Made by a program: the position numbers and the translations under genes. DNA of 64,000 bases, taken from the NCBI GenBank assembly GCA_963777155.1, contig CAVZPM010000039.1, forward strand, positions 64,001 through 128,000. Direction: 5' to 3'. Shown here piece after piece: positions 31,785 to 40,925 of the stretch (position 1 is its first letter; every line of letters begins with the position of its first letter). The notes beneath the pieces were generated by a model. That model did no database searches. It saw only the letters and a program-made list of their open reading frames with translations, and was not told the origin of the DNA. This stretch comes from Candidatus Bathyarchaeota archaeon. GTDB taxonomy: Archaea > Thermoproteota > Bathyarchaeia > Bathyarchaeales > Bathycorpusculaceae.

Positions 31785-32664
31785 GTGACTGAACAACAAA
31801 AAACTGAACCACAAAAGCCTGAACAGAAAGAACAGGACAAATTCAAGTTCCAATTCGTCTACCTAGTTCCCATATTGGCAAGCATGCTTTTCGGTTTAGC
31901 CTGTGCATATTTGATTGCGCCTCAACAATCAGAAGCCATTCCCGTCACACCCATTCCTGAAACAACCCCAGGCGCACCATTCGGCAATGCACTGTACTTT
32001 GTCGTTCTAATCGCAATAAGCGCCACCATGTTCTATTTTCTGCTTAAACGGAAAAGCAAAAACATCATCAAAGGCTTAATCGTAGTGGCTTTGACTGCAG
32101 CTTCTTTGTTGCTTGTCGGTGGTTTATCTGTCGGCGATTTTAGCGTTCTTCCCCATCATAGATAACCTTTGGGTCCTGATTGCACTATCCATAGTCGTAG
32201 CGGTGCTCTTTGATCTCTCCATCTTCCGCTTCGGCAGTATAGCACGAAACGTAGCTGTGGTTGCCATAGGTGGCGCATTAGGCATCTTCTTTGGTTTCTC
32301 CATCCCACTCTACAGTGCAGTCATAATACTTGCCTTCCTCGCCGTCTACGATGTTTTCGCTGTCTACAAGGGTCCTATGGGGAAAATTGCGGCTTCGGGA
32401 CTTGATCAACTGCAGGGTTTGAGCTTCTCGTTTAAAGATATCCAGATGGGACTAGGTGATTTGGTGTTCTATTCGATGTTGATGGGTGTTGTGTTCTTCA
32501 ACTTTACCCCCAACCTCCTTCCAACCGTCATGGCGATAGTCGGAATTCTTGCAGGCTCGATCGTCACCTTCTTTGCACTGGAGAAGAAAGGAATTTTTCC
32601 AGGATTGCCTTTTCCTATCCTGCTTGGTCTAGCCTTCGGATTAGCCACAGGCTTCTTTTTGTAA
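31785..32664 (+). CDS. Presenilin-like intramembrane aspartyl protease, frameshifted near 32115
   Basis: YD (AVYDVFAV), GLGD and PGLP motifs; multiple TM helices across two ORFs. Confidence 0.88.
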
Positions 32665-32730
32665 AAAACAAGCACATCGACTCAATGAACATTATAAACT
32701 GACGAATGAGTTATAGTATCAGGGACAAGA

Positions 32731-32919
32731 ATGATTAATGGTATAACCAAGCCTTTTGGCGAAAAAATTAGTACAACCGAACCTATTAGATGCCAAAAAT
32801 GCAGAAACCCCATAGGATACATAACCGTGTTAGCTAAAGGATTAACCTCTTTTCAGCAGCCAATCCAGAACGTCAAGATAGTTGCTATCTGCATGGACTG
32901 CGCTCAGAAGAAAAAATAG
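32731..32919 (+). CDS. Small zinc-ribbon protein
   Basis: CQKC...CMDC pair, own upstream TATA-like element. Confidence 0.6.
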   Translation: MINGITKPFGEKISTTEPIRCQKCRNPIGYITVLAKGLTSFQQPIQNVKIVAICMDCAQKKK

Positions 32920-32983
32920 TCAACAACTGCAACACTAAGATAAACGTTTAAAGGCAGTAAAAATCTCTAGAACAAAAGGTGTC

Positions 32984-33820
32984 TTTACGGAAAAAGCAAC
33001 TGTTGCGATTGTTAAAGGTGAGCGTGGGCTTGACCCTGTTTTTAAAGCGTTAGATTTGATTGATTATGAGTCTGTTTTGGCTGGTTACAAGAAGGTTCTC
33101 ATAAAAGTCAACTTCATCACCACCATGACATGGGATACCGGCGCCACAACTGACCCCATCGTGGTTGAAGCATTAATTCAGCGGTTAAAGAAACTGCCAG
33201 TGGAAATTTATGTTGTGGAATCTGACGCAACCATGACAAACGCAGACAAAGCCTTCGAAGCTACAGGTATGAATGAAATGTGCAAGCAGTACGGCGTGGA
33301 ATGCCTCAATCTGCGACACGTTAAAGACAAAGTCAAAATCCCAATTCCCAAAGGTGAATGCCTAAAAGACATAACCGTGCCCCGCATAGTCACCGAATCC
33401 GCTATAATCAGCGCTGCAAAAATGAAAACCCACATGGCAACCAAGGTTACGTTGGGGATGAAGAACATGTTTGGGATGTTGCCCGATAAATTTAAGGCAA
33501 AGTACCACGCCCGCGGCATAAGTAAAGTCATAGTCGATATCAACACCGTAATCAAACCCAATCTAACAGTGATCGACGGCTTTGTTGCCATGGAAGGCAA
33601 AGGACCAACCGACGGCACCCCAGTAAAAATGGATCTAATCATCGCAGGTAAAGACCCGGTTGCTACCGACGCTACATGCGCACGTATAATGGGTTTAGAC
33701 CCATACGAAATCAGCCATATACGCACTGCTAGTGAGAAAGGCATAGGCGAAATTGATGAAATAAAAGTGGTGGGTTCAAGTATTGAGGATGTAAAACGCC
33801 CCTTCAAGAAGGGTTGGTAG
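32984..33820 (+). CDS. DUF362-domain protein
   Basis: VLIKVN, TTDP, KMKTH, TLGMKNMFG, IDG..AMEG.GP, DPVATD. Frame is open upstream of TTG 33056 (TEKATVAIVKGE), start uncertain. Confidence 0.85.
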   Translation, partial: FTEKATVAIVKGERGLDPVFKALDLIDYESVLAGYKKVLIKVNFITTMTWDTGATTDPIVVEALIQRLKKLPVEIYVVESDATMTNADKAFEATGMNEMCKQYGVECLNLRHVKDKVKIPIPKGECLKDITVPRIVTESAIISAAKMKTHMATKVTLGMKNMFGMLPDKFKAKYHARGISKVIVDINTVIKPNLTVIDGFVAMEGKGPTDGTPVKMDLIIAGKDPVATDATCARIMGLDPYEISHIRTASEKGIGEIDEIKVVGSSIEDVKRPFKKGW

Positions 33821-33979
33821 AGACCATTTTATTATTCGCCTAACCTTTGCCAACCTTAAAAATCTCTTAGAAATCAACTTTTAAGATTGGCTTCAAAAAG
33901 CTTAGGAATCAATAGACATATAGAAAATCATCTCCAATTTGCAGGTGAAAAGTCCTAATAAAGCATAAGAGCTCCGTTT

Positions 33980-34075
33980 CCGCTGGAAAGGTTTATCTCA
34001 TTCAAGGGCACTATGATGTGAAATTGCAGGCGGACAACCGTGTCCGTTGGGATGTGGTCCTTCGGGACTGAACCG
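33980..34075 (+). ncRNA. Putative structured ribosomal-protein (eL15) leader RNA
   Basis: Hairpins CGGACA-accg-TGTCCG (34031-34046) and GTCC-ttcg-GGAC (34057-34068) within GGGATGTGG...CTGAACC, directly 5' of rpl15e. Confidence 0.6.
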
Positions 34076-34107
34076 TAAGCAAACAATACAGATAGGATGA
34101 AAAACAT

Positions 34108-34717
34108 ATGGCATACAAATACATAGCCGAAGAATGGGCTCAGCCCGAAAAAAGCTTCGTTGAAGAACTCATGCGTCAACGCTTAGTGCAGTGGCGCAAA
34201 CAACCAACCGTATTACGCATCGAGCACCCTACAAGACTCGACCGCGCAAGAAAACTAGGCTACAAAGCCAAACAAGGCTTCGTAGTTGCCCGAGCAAAAG
34301 TCCGAAGAGGCAATTTAAGAAAATTGCGTCCCCGGTCAGGACGCACGACCCAAACGTATGGGTGTCGCCAAATTTAAACCAGGAAAAAGCATCCGATTAA
34401 TCGCAGAGGAACGAACCGCCAAAAAATTCCCCAACCTCGAAGTTCTAAACAGCTACTGGGTTGGCGAAGACGGCAAACACAAATGGTTCGAAGTCATCCT
34501 CCTTGACCCTAATGCACCAACCATAAAAACTGACAAAGACGTCAGTTGGATAACAGAACCACAGCACACTAGCAGAGTCTTCCGCAGCATGACCAGTGCA
34601 GGCAAAAACGTCCGAGGTCTCCATCACCGCGGCAGAGGCACAGAAAAACTGCGCCCAAGCCACAAGTTTGGCAATACAGGACGCCACGGCGACAAACAGC
34701 AAAAAGGAGGCAAATAG
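34108..34717 (+). CDS. rpl15e: Ribosomal protein eL15, frameshifted near 34345
   Basis: [17 protein letters not shown]; [33 protein letters not shown] in second frame. Confidence 0.95.
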
Positions 34718-34718
34718 A

Positions 34719-34922
34719 ATGCATCACATTAAAGCAGTCATAACCAAACAAAACGGCAAAAAAGCCACCAGCCAAAAAGGCTTCAGCCCAAACGAACTCA
34801 AAGAAGCAGGGATAAACAAGGAGCAAGCCCAGAAGCTTGGGATAAGAGTCGACGTTAAACGCAAATCGACCCACCAAGCCAACGTGGACTGCATAAAAGC
34901 CCACGCTAAACCAAAAAGCTAA
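34719..34922 (+). CDS. rpl13e: Ribosomal protein eL13 (short archaeal form)
   Basis: KGFSPNELKEAGI...LGIRVD.KRKS.H..NV motif; ATG 34719. Confidence 0.85.
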   Translation: MHHIKAVITKQNGKKATSQKGFSPNELKEAGINKEQAQKLGIRVDVKRKSTHQANVDCIKAHAKPKS

Positions 34923-34954
34923 AAGCAACCACAGCCAACACAAATCGGTGCCTA

Positions 34955-35401
34955 ATGTCAGCTAAACCGCCAATAGCCTACATAGAAATACGAGTCTTCG
35001 CACACGCAACCGAAGACCCAGACAAAGTCCAAACTGCTATCCGCAACCTATTTCCGATGGAGTTGGCGGAAACCCTTGTTTTCGAAAAAGCAAGTTGCAC
35101 AGGGCATCATGGGAACTCAATTATCCTTTTTACTGCCAAACTATGTGACAAAAAGCTGCTCCCAGCAGCCATCGAAAAAATTGGGTCAAGTCTAAGTGCA
35201 ATCGATAAGGAGGAGCTTAGCCGCGAATTCAAACTGCACTTGGAAAAGGGCAACTTGTATTTACGTTTTGATAAGCAATCCGCTTTTTTGGGCTCAACAA
35301 AGTTTACGCAAAATGACCCGATTCACCTAAAAATCCACTTCAAAAATAAAACTTCGCAGGAAATTTTGGATTTTTCAAAGCAAACTGGGTTGCTGATATG
35401 A
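34955..35401 (+). CDS. DUF54 RNA-binding protein of the exosome superoperon
   Basis: HATED..KV, GHHGN, LYLRFDKQ motifs. Confidence 0.85.
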   Translation: MSAKPPIAYIEIRVFAHATEDPDKVQTAIRNLFPMELAETLVFEKASCTGHHGNSIILFTAKLCDKKLLPAAIEKIGSSLSAIDKEELSREFKLHLEKGNLYLRFDKQSAFLGSTKFTQNDPIHLKIHFKNKTSQEILDFSKQTGLLI

Positions 35402-36132
35402 CCCGAACTTTCGCGGATCTGCATTTACGTATAAATCCCAAAGACCAGCAAACCGCTCAACGGTTAATCACCAAGGCGGCAAGGTTTGGCTACCGCTATA
35501 TCAGTATTCCATTCAACTCTTCACCCCAACAAGCTGAAGTTGACGCCCTAAAAGCCATGTGCACAAACGCAGGATTAGATTTTGTTTTACGTGCAGACTT
35601 TAAACCCCAAAGCCAAGAAGACCTAATGCGTTTTCTACGCAAATTCAGAAGACAATTCGAAATAATATGTATCGCATGTGACAGCAAAGAAATCGCTAGG
35701 CAAGCCGCCAAGGACAGACGGGTTGATTTGCTCAGTTTTCCAAGTCTAGATTACCGTAAACGGTTTTTTGACCGCGCTGAAGCCGAACTAGCAAGCTGTA
35801 GTTTGGCAGCTTTGGAAGTTGACATAAAATCTCTACTCGTTATGGAAGGGCCAGCACGGGTTAGGTTGCTTTCAAGTTTGCGCCGCGAGGTTGCGGTTGC
35901 GCTGGAGTTTCATGTACCTGTTGTGGTTTCAAGTGGCGTTGGCGAGGAGTCTTTGTTGCGTATGCCGCGGGATTTGGCAAGTTTGGCTTATCTGTTTGGG
36001 TTAGGTGAGGAGCAGGCTTTGGAAACGGTTTCTTCTAATCCAGTAGGGATTGTTCTGCGCAACCGAGAGAAACTGAGTTCACGTTTTGTTGCTCCTGGCA
36101 TAAGAGTTGTTAAGGAGGGCAAATCCAGTTGA
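35398..36132 (+). CDS. rnp3: RNase P protein Rpp30
   Basis: PHP-like DLH start, RQAAKDRRVDLL, LR.PRDL; superoperon context. Confidence 0.85.
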   Translation: MTRTFADLHLRINPKDQQTAQRLITKAARFGYRYISIPFNSSPQQAEVDALKAMCTNAGLDFVLRADFKPQSQEDLMRFLRKFRRQFEIICIACDSKEIARQAAKDRRVDLLSFPSLDYRKRFFDRAEAELASCSLAALEVDIKSLLVMEGPARVRLLSSLRREVAVALEFHVPVVVSSGVGEESLLRMPRDLASLAYLFGLGEEQALETVSSNPVGIVLRNREKLSSRFVAPGIRVVKEGKSS

Positions 36133-36443
36133 AACGTGTTAAACGCCGTTACCTTGCTCTGCAACTGGAGTGCGAAGTTTTGCCTAGTGAACGGGATTTT
36201 ATGGATGCGGTTTGGTCTGCCGTCACCAAGTTGTATGGTGAGGTTGGGGCAAGTTTGACGGGGATGGCGTTAATTAATTTTGATGGGGAACGAAAAATTT
36301 TTGTGGTTCGTGTATCCCTTGCGTCTTTGCTTATGGTGAGAGCTTCGTTGGCTACTGTAACTAGTGTCGCTGGTAGGTGTGCGTCGGTGCATGTTTTAGC
36401 TGTTTCAGGTACGCTTAAAGCACTGTTCTCCAATATTTGCTAG
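36129..36443 (+). CDS. rnp2: RNase P protein Pop5/Rpp14
   Basis: KRRYL, LYGEVG, VSGTLKA motifs. Confidence 0.88.
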   Translation: MKRVKRRYLALQLECEVLPSERDFMDAVWSAVTKLYGEVGASLTGMALINFDGERKIFVVRVSLASLLMVRASLATVTSVAGRCASVHVLAVSGTLKALFSNIC

Positions 36444-36620
36444 TTAGAATGTAAACTTTTTGTTTATCTAATGACAAGTAATTTTATTTTAAAGTCACGT
36501 ATGCCACTTGACAAATTTACAAAAAGTATGCAGAAACGTTTATCAATTACATTTAAGCGTTAGTTAGCATTACAAAACATACGTCTGAAGAATAAAAAAA
36601 TAGACAGAGTAGAACAATAA

Positions 36621-37850
36621 ATGGACATAAAAGACTTCTATTTCAAATTAAAACCCCTAAAAACGGACCCAATCATAGATGACACTACACTTCGCGACGG
36701 CATCCAAATGCCAGGCTTAGCAATAGGACCAAAAGACTCAGCAAAAATCGCACAGCTATTAGGCGAAATAGGAGCCGAAAGAATAGAATTATTCCATTAT
36801 CAAGAACCTGACAAAAAAGCAGCCAAACTAATCGGCAACTTAAACCTTGATTTGCGAGTTGCAGGCTGGTGCCGCGCTGTAAAAGAAGACATTGACAGCG
36901 CTGTAGCATGTGGACTCAAAGAAGTCGGTATTTCTCATCCTGTATCCGACATACATTTCTTGGCTAAATGGCCAGAAAAAACCCAAGAACAAATCTTGGC
37001 TAACGTCGTTGACGTAACTGAATACGCAGCTAAAACTTGCGGGTTAAGAACCTTTGTTCATGGCGAAGATAGCACACGTGCAGACTGGAACTTCGAGAAA
37101 CGCTTCATCAATGCAGTTGCAGATGCAGGTGCAGAATGTTACCGTATATGCGACACAGTCGGTATTGGGTTGTCGGATCCAGAAGCTCCATTGCCTCATG
37201 GCATTCCAGCCAAAGTGGTTGCGATCAAGAAAGAAACTCGTATAGGCGCTATAGAGATTCATGCGCATGACGATTTTGGTAACGCTGTTGAGAACACGAT
37301 GGCTGCGATTAAAGCTGCTTCAGGGGTTTGGGACAAAGTCTACGCTAGCACAACCTACCTTGGCATTGGGGAACGTGCAGGCAACGCCGAGACAGAAAAA
37401 GTCCTCCTAAACCTCTACCTTCACTATGGAGTGAAGAAGTATGCGGGTAAAACCGAGAAACTCAAGGCAACCGCAGACTACATCGGTAAAGCCACAGGCT
37501 ACATTGTGCCGCCTAACAAGGCAATAGTTGGCGACTACGGGTTCGCACATGAATCAGGCATCCACACCCATGGCGTCCTCAATGATCCATGGACCTATGA
37601 GCCTTATCCACCTGAACTGGTCGGCAACACAAGACGTTTAACCATAGGCAAACAATCAGGCAAAGGCATGATTAAACACAAAATCACTGAGCTATTAGGA
37701 AATGCTCCAGACGACCAAACAGTTGCTGCAGTCGTGGATACAGTCAAAGACATGTACGCCAACGGACGCAGGGCATCGCTTAAAGAGGAAGAATTCAAGA
37801 AAATCCTTCGCGTACTAAGAATCCTGCCAGAAAACAACAACTGCCACTAA
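36621..37850 (+). CDS. DRE-TIM acyl-CoA condensing enzyme (homocitrate / Re-citrate / isopropylmalate synthase family), no regulatory domain
   Basis: DTTLRDG.Q, HAHDDFG, GIGERAGNA, HESGIH, YEPYPPELVG. Confidence 0.85.
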   Translation: MDIKDFYFKLKPLKTDPIIDDTTLRDGIQMPGLAIGPKDSAKIAQLLGEIGAERIELFHYQEPDKKAAKLIGNLNLDLRVAGWCRAVKEDIDSAVACGLKEVGISHPVSDIHFLAKWPEKTQEQILANVVDVTEYAAKTCGLRTFVHGEDSTRADWNFEKRFINAVADAGAECYRICDTVGIGLSDPEAPLPHGIPAKVVAIKKETRIGAIEIHAHDDFGNAVENTMAAIKAASGVWDKVYASTTYLGIGERAGNAETEKVLLNLYLHYGVKKYAGKTEKLKATADYIGKATGYIVPPNKAIVGDYGFAHESGIHTHGVLNDPWTYEPYPPELVGNTRRLTIGKQSGKGMIKHKITELLGNAPDDQTVAAVVDTVKDMYANGRRASLKEEEFKKILRVLRILPENNNCH

Positions 37851-37905
37851 ACAACGAAAGGGAAAATAACCCTTCTCTTATTTTATCCACAGGGAAGAGT
37901 GACTG

Positions 37906-38157
37906 GTGATGGTTGATCTTTCGCTAATTGTCATAGTCAGCAATACTTTGGTTGTTTTTGCCACTTTCGTAGCTACACTTTACCGTATCAAGATTGAGCG
38001 AGACCAAGTACGAACTTTTAAGCAGAATGTTTCGTCCAGTCAATGTTTGGAATCTTTCCGCAAATACGTTAAAGCTGAGCGCGTCGAATTGGCGGATATG
38101 GATAAGGCTGAGCTGGAAAAGTTTCTAGACTACCTTGAGAAGTTAGGCGAAGGATAG
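37906..38157 (+). CDS. Small membrane-anchored hypothetical protein
   Basis: N-terminal TM helix, charged helical C-terminus. Confidence 0.5.
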   Translation: MMVDLSLIVIVSNTLVVFATFVATLYRIKIERDQVRTFKQNVSSSQCLESFRKYVKAERVELADMDKAELEKFLDYLEKLGEG

Positions 38158-38209
38158 TTAAAACTTAAATAATAATTTCTTGTTTTTCAAAAGCAAGAGA
38201 GTGGGAATC

Positions 38210-38941
38210 TTGAGCTTAGCCGTTGAAGCTATATCGTTAACTAAGCAGTTTGGTCAAGTGAAAGCGCTTGATGGTGTAAGTTTTAACATTAAACCTGGCG
38301 AAATCTACGGCTTAATCGGACCAAACGGAGCTGGGAAAACTACTACTCTACGTATTATCTGCACATTAATCAAGCCAACAACAGGCACCATAAACATCTT
38401 TGGTCAGGACGCAACACGTCAGCCTGAGAAGACAAGGCAAATCCTTAGTTACCTGCCCGAGGAATCTGGCGTTTACCCCAACCTTACAGGTTTAGAGTAC
38501 CTTCAGTTTATGGCTAAACTCCAAAGCAAACCTAACACGAATCTGAAAGCCACCGTAGAGGAAGCAGCGGAAATTTGCGGACTCGGCGACCGATTAAAGG
38601 ATAAAGCTAAAACCTACAGCAAAGGTATGAAGCGGCGGCTGCTTGTTGCAAGGGCTTTGATGACTAGACCAAAGTTGGCGGTTCTTGATGAACCTGCAAG
38701 CGGCTTAGACGTTTTGTATGCTTACCATATCCGTGAGATCATTAAACGCTACGTGAAAGAACATGGCGTGACGGTTCTGCTTAGCAGCCACAACATGCTA
38801 GAAGTAGAATATCTCTGCGACCGTGTGGCGCTAGTGCACAAGGGCAAACTGGTTGTTGAGGGCGAACCTAAAGTGCTTAAAGCCACATACAGAAGCGAGA
38901 ACTTGGAAGAGGTTTTTGCGAAGGTGGTTGGCTTTGCTTAA
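38210..38941 (+). CDS. ABC exporter ATP-binding subunit (NatA-like)
   Basis: GPNGAGKTT, YSKGM signature, LDEP, SSH. Confidence 0.92.
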   Translation: MSLAVEAISLTKQFGQVKALDGVSFNIKPGEIYGLIGPNGAGKTTTLRIICTLIKPTTGTINIFGQDATRQPEKTRQILSYLPEESGVYPNLTGLEYLQFMAKLQSKPNTNLKATVEEAAEICGLGDRLKDKAKTYSKGMKRRLLVARALMTRPKLAVLDEPASGLDVLYAYHIREIIKRYVKEHGVTVLLSSHNMLEVEYLCDRVALVHKGKLVVEGEPKVLKATYRSENLEEVFAKVVGFA

Positions 38942-40226
38942 AGGCTTCACAACAATACTTGTCAAAGAGCTAAAAGAGCTCATGCGCGACCCAAAAATCC
39001 TAGTCGGCATGATAGTGTTGCCATTGATTATGTTTCCGGTTCTGGGTTTAGTTATGGGTTTTGCGGTTCAGTCAGCGCAGGAGGAAGCTCAAAGGGCAAC
39101 CTTGCTTGTGGTTAACAATGACAATAACGGGACATGGAGTAATGCGCTTGTAACTTTCTTGAACAGTACTATGAACGTAGAAGTTGTCAGGGATCTTTCG
39201 CCACAGAACATCGTGGACCAGGGATTGCTTGGAAAATATAATAGTACTATGTTTCTGGAGATTCCTTCTGGGTTTAGCACTAACTTAACTATGCATGCCG
39301 ACGGCGCAAGAAATATTACGGGAATGGTTAATGTTTACGGCGTTTTCAACGGCGGAGGAGGAATTTTCAGCGGCATCGGCGGAACAACGGTCACTGCAGT
39401 TGTTGCGGGTTTTAACCGAGCAGTTGCTCCCGATGTAGTTGCGGTTTCCCAATCAAGCATTATTAAGGGTCAAATCGAGCAGGGCGTTGATGCCAGCACG
39501 CTTTCGAGTTTGATGCTGTCGCAGTCGATTGCTTTGCCAATCACAATTATGATTATGTTGACTTATGCGATGCAGATTGCTGCTACCAGCGTTGCGATGG
39601 AGAAAGAAGAGAAAACCTTGGAGACGCTGCTTACTACTCCTGTGGACAGGTTCGCAATTTTGATGGGTAAAGTCTCAAGCACTATAATTGTTGCTGGGGC
39701 TGCTTCGATAGCGGTTTTGGTTGGCTACAACTACATGATTGGCTCTATATCAAATGGTATTGCTGGAAATGTAGGTGGCAGTGTTGATTTGGTTGCTCTT
39801 GGTTTAGTACCTTCCTTTGGCGGATACGTCTTGTTGGGTATAAGCCTGTTTTTCACATTACTGTCGGCTTTAGCGTTAGCCGTCATTATGTCTGCGTTTA
39901 GCGAAAATGTCCGAGGTGCACAAGCGTTAGTCGGTTACATTTACCCGTTGATTTTCATACCTTCCTTAGCTCTGGTCTACTTAGATATGAATTCGCTGCC
40001 CCTTGCAATAAAAGCAATCTTCTATGCAATTCCATACAGCCACCCAATTATCGCTTCAAAAGCCGTAGTCACAGGCGATTATGGAACAGTTGTGTTTGGG
40101 ATTGTTTACGTTGCAATCTTCACAGTCGTAATAATGTACATTGCATCAAGGTTGTTTGCAACGGAGAAAATCTTGACGGCAAAGCTCAGGTTTGGCAGGG
40201 GCAAAACAAAGCAACATAGCGAATAG
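38934..40226 (+). CDS. ABC-2 exporter permease (NatB-like)
   Basis: KELKELMRD, EKEEKTLETLLTTPV.R..I.MGK, 6 TM helices. Confidence 0.88.
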   Translation: MLKGFTTILVKELKELMRDPKILVGMIVLPLIMFPVLGLVMGFAVQSAQEEAQRATLLVVNNDNNGTWSNALVTFLNSTMNVEVVRDLSPQNIVDQGLLGKYNSTMFLEIPSGFSTNLTMHADGARNITGMVNVYGVFNGGGGIFSGIGGTTVTAVVAGFNRAVAPDVVAVSQSSIIKGQIEQGVDASTLSSLMLSQSIALPITIMIMLTYAMQIAATSVAMEKEEKTLETLLTTPVDRFAILMGKVSSTIIVAGAASIAVLVGYNYMIGSISNGIAGNVGGSVDLVALGLVPSFGGYVLLGISLFFTLLSALALAVIMSAFSENVRGAQALVGYIYPLIFIPSLALVYLDMNSLPLAIKAIFYAIPYSHPIIASKAVVTGDYGTVVFGIVYVAIFTVVIMYIASRLFATEKILTAKLRFGRGKTKQHSE

Positions 40227-40370
40227 ACATCTCCTTTTTTTCCTTCGCACCTTTGAGAAATAATAGTTTGTTTGATAAAACAACAACACCTTTTTTTCCA
40301 GAATCCACGTGTTTTTGTTCTTCCAGTAATCGGATTTTAGAAGGAATGTCGAATGCAGGTTTTTCTTCTA

Positions 40371-40595
40371 CTATTCCTCACGGAGCTTATCAATTTCTTT
40401 TTTCAGTTCCGCCACATCTGCATGCCCAGCAAAAATACCTGCGTAATCTTCTAATCTAGGAATGGGCTTAAAGATAACCTGTTGATCCCTTGTCTCGACG
40501 GCTAATTTATCGCCCTCTTTAATGCCGAGTTGTTTTCGGATTTGGACGGGGATGGTTGTTTGCCCTTTTCTCGTAACTTTAACTATTTTTTGCAA
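40371..40595 (-). CDS. AbrB/MazE/SpoVT-family DNA-binding protein
   Basis: VKVTRKGQTTIPVQIRKQLGIKEGD motif; start TTG 40595. Confidence 0.85.
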   Translation of the reverse strand: MQKIVKVTRKGQTTIPVQIRKQLGIKEGDKLAVETRDQQVIFKPIPRLEDYAGIFAGHADVAELKKEIDKLREE

Positions 40596-40925
40596 TAATA
40601 TCCCCCTTCTATAATGGTAATGAATATACCTGCTCTTTAAAATAAATCCTAATTGACGAATATGTACTACTTCATTTTTTGTAGTGCTGAATAAAAGGGA
40701 GAAGACCACATTCATGATATTTCTTATTCTGCTGGCGTTCTATTGGTTACTCTAGCGAGAACTTGATTGAAAGAAGAAGAAGGTTGCTGCACGGACGCTT
40801 CTTCTTCTACCCGTCAACTGATGTGTCTTCTCGTTAATCAGGTATCGTTTTGGTAAGAGGTCTTAGCTTTTCTGTGTCTGTATTCTTCTTTCGCCTCTCG
40901 GAACCAGATGGGTTCGTAGAGTGGA

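Noticed and set aside
33208-33807. Long antisense ORFs (also 44321..44872, 48086..48595 and many shorter ones)
   Set aside because: They lie opposite well-supported genes and carry no recognisable motifs
34330-34360. Programmed frameshifting in rpl15e
   Set aside because: No slippery heptamer; removing one base restores the conserved GRRPKRMG, consistent with the window-wide indel noise
40720-40920. Possible toxin gene remnant upstream of the AbrB gene
   Set aside because: Only short broken frames with no recognisable family motif
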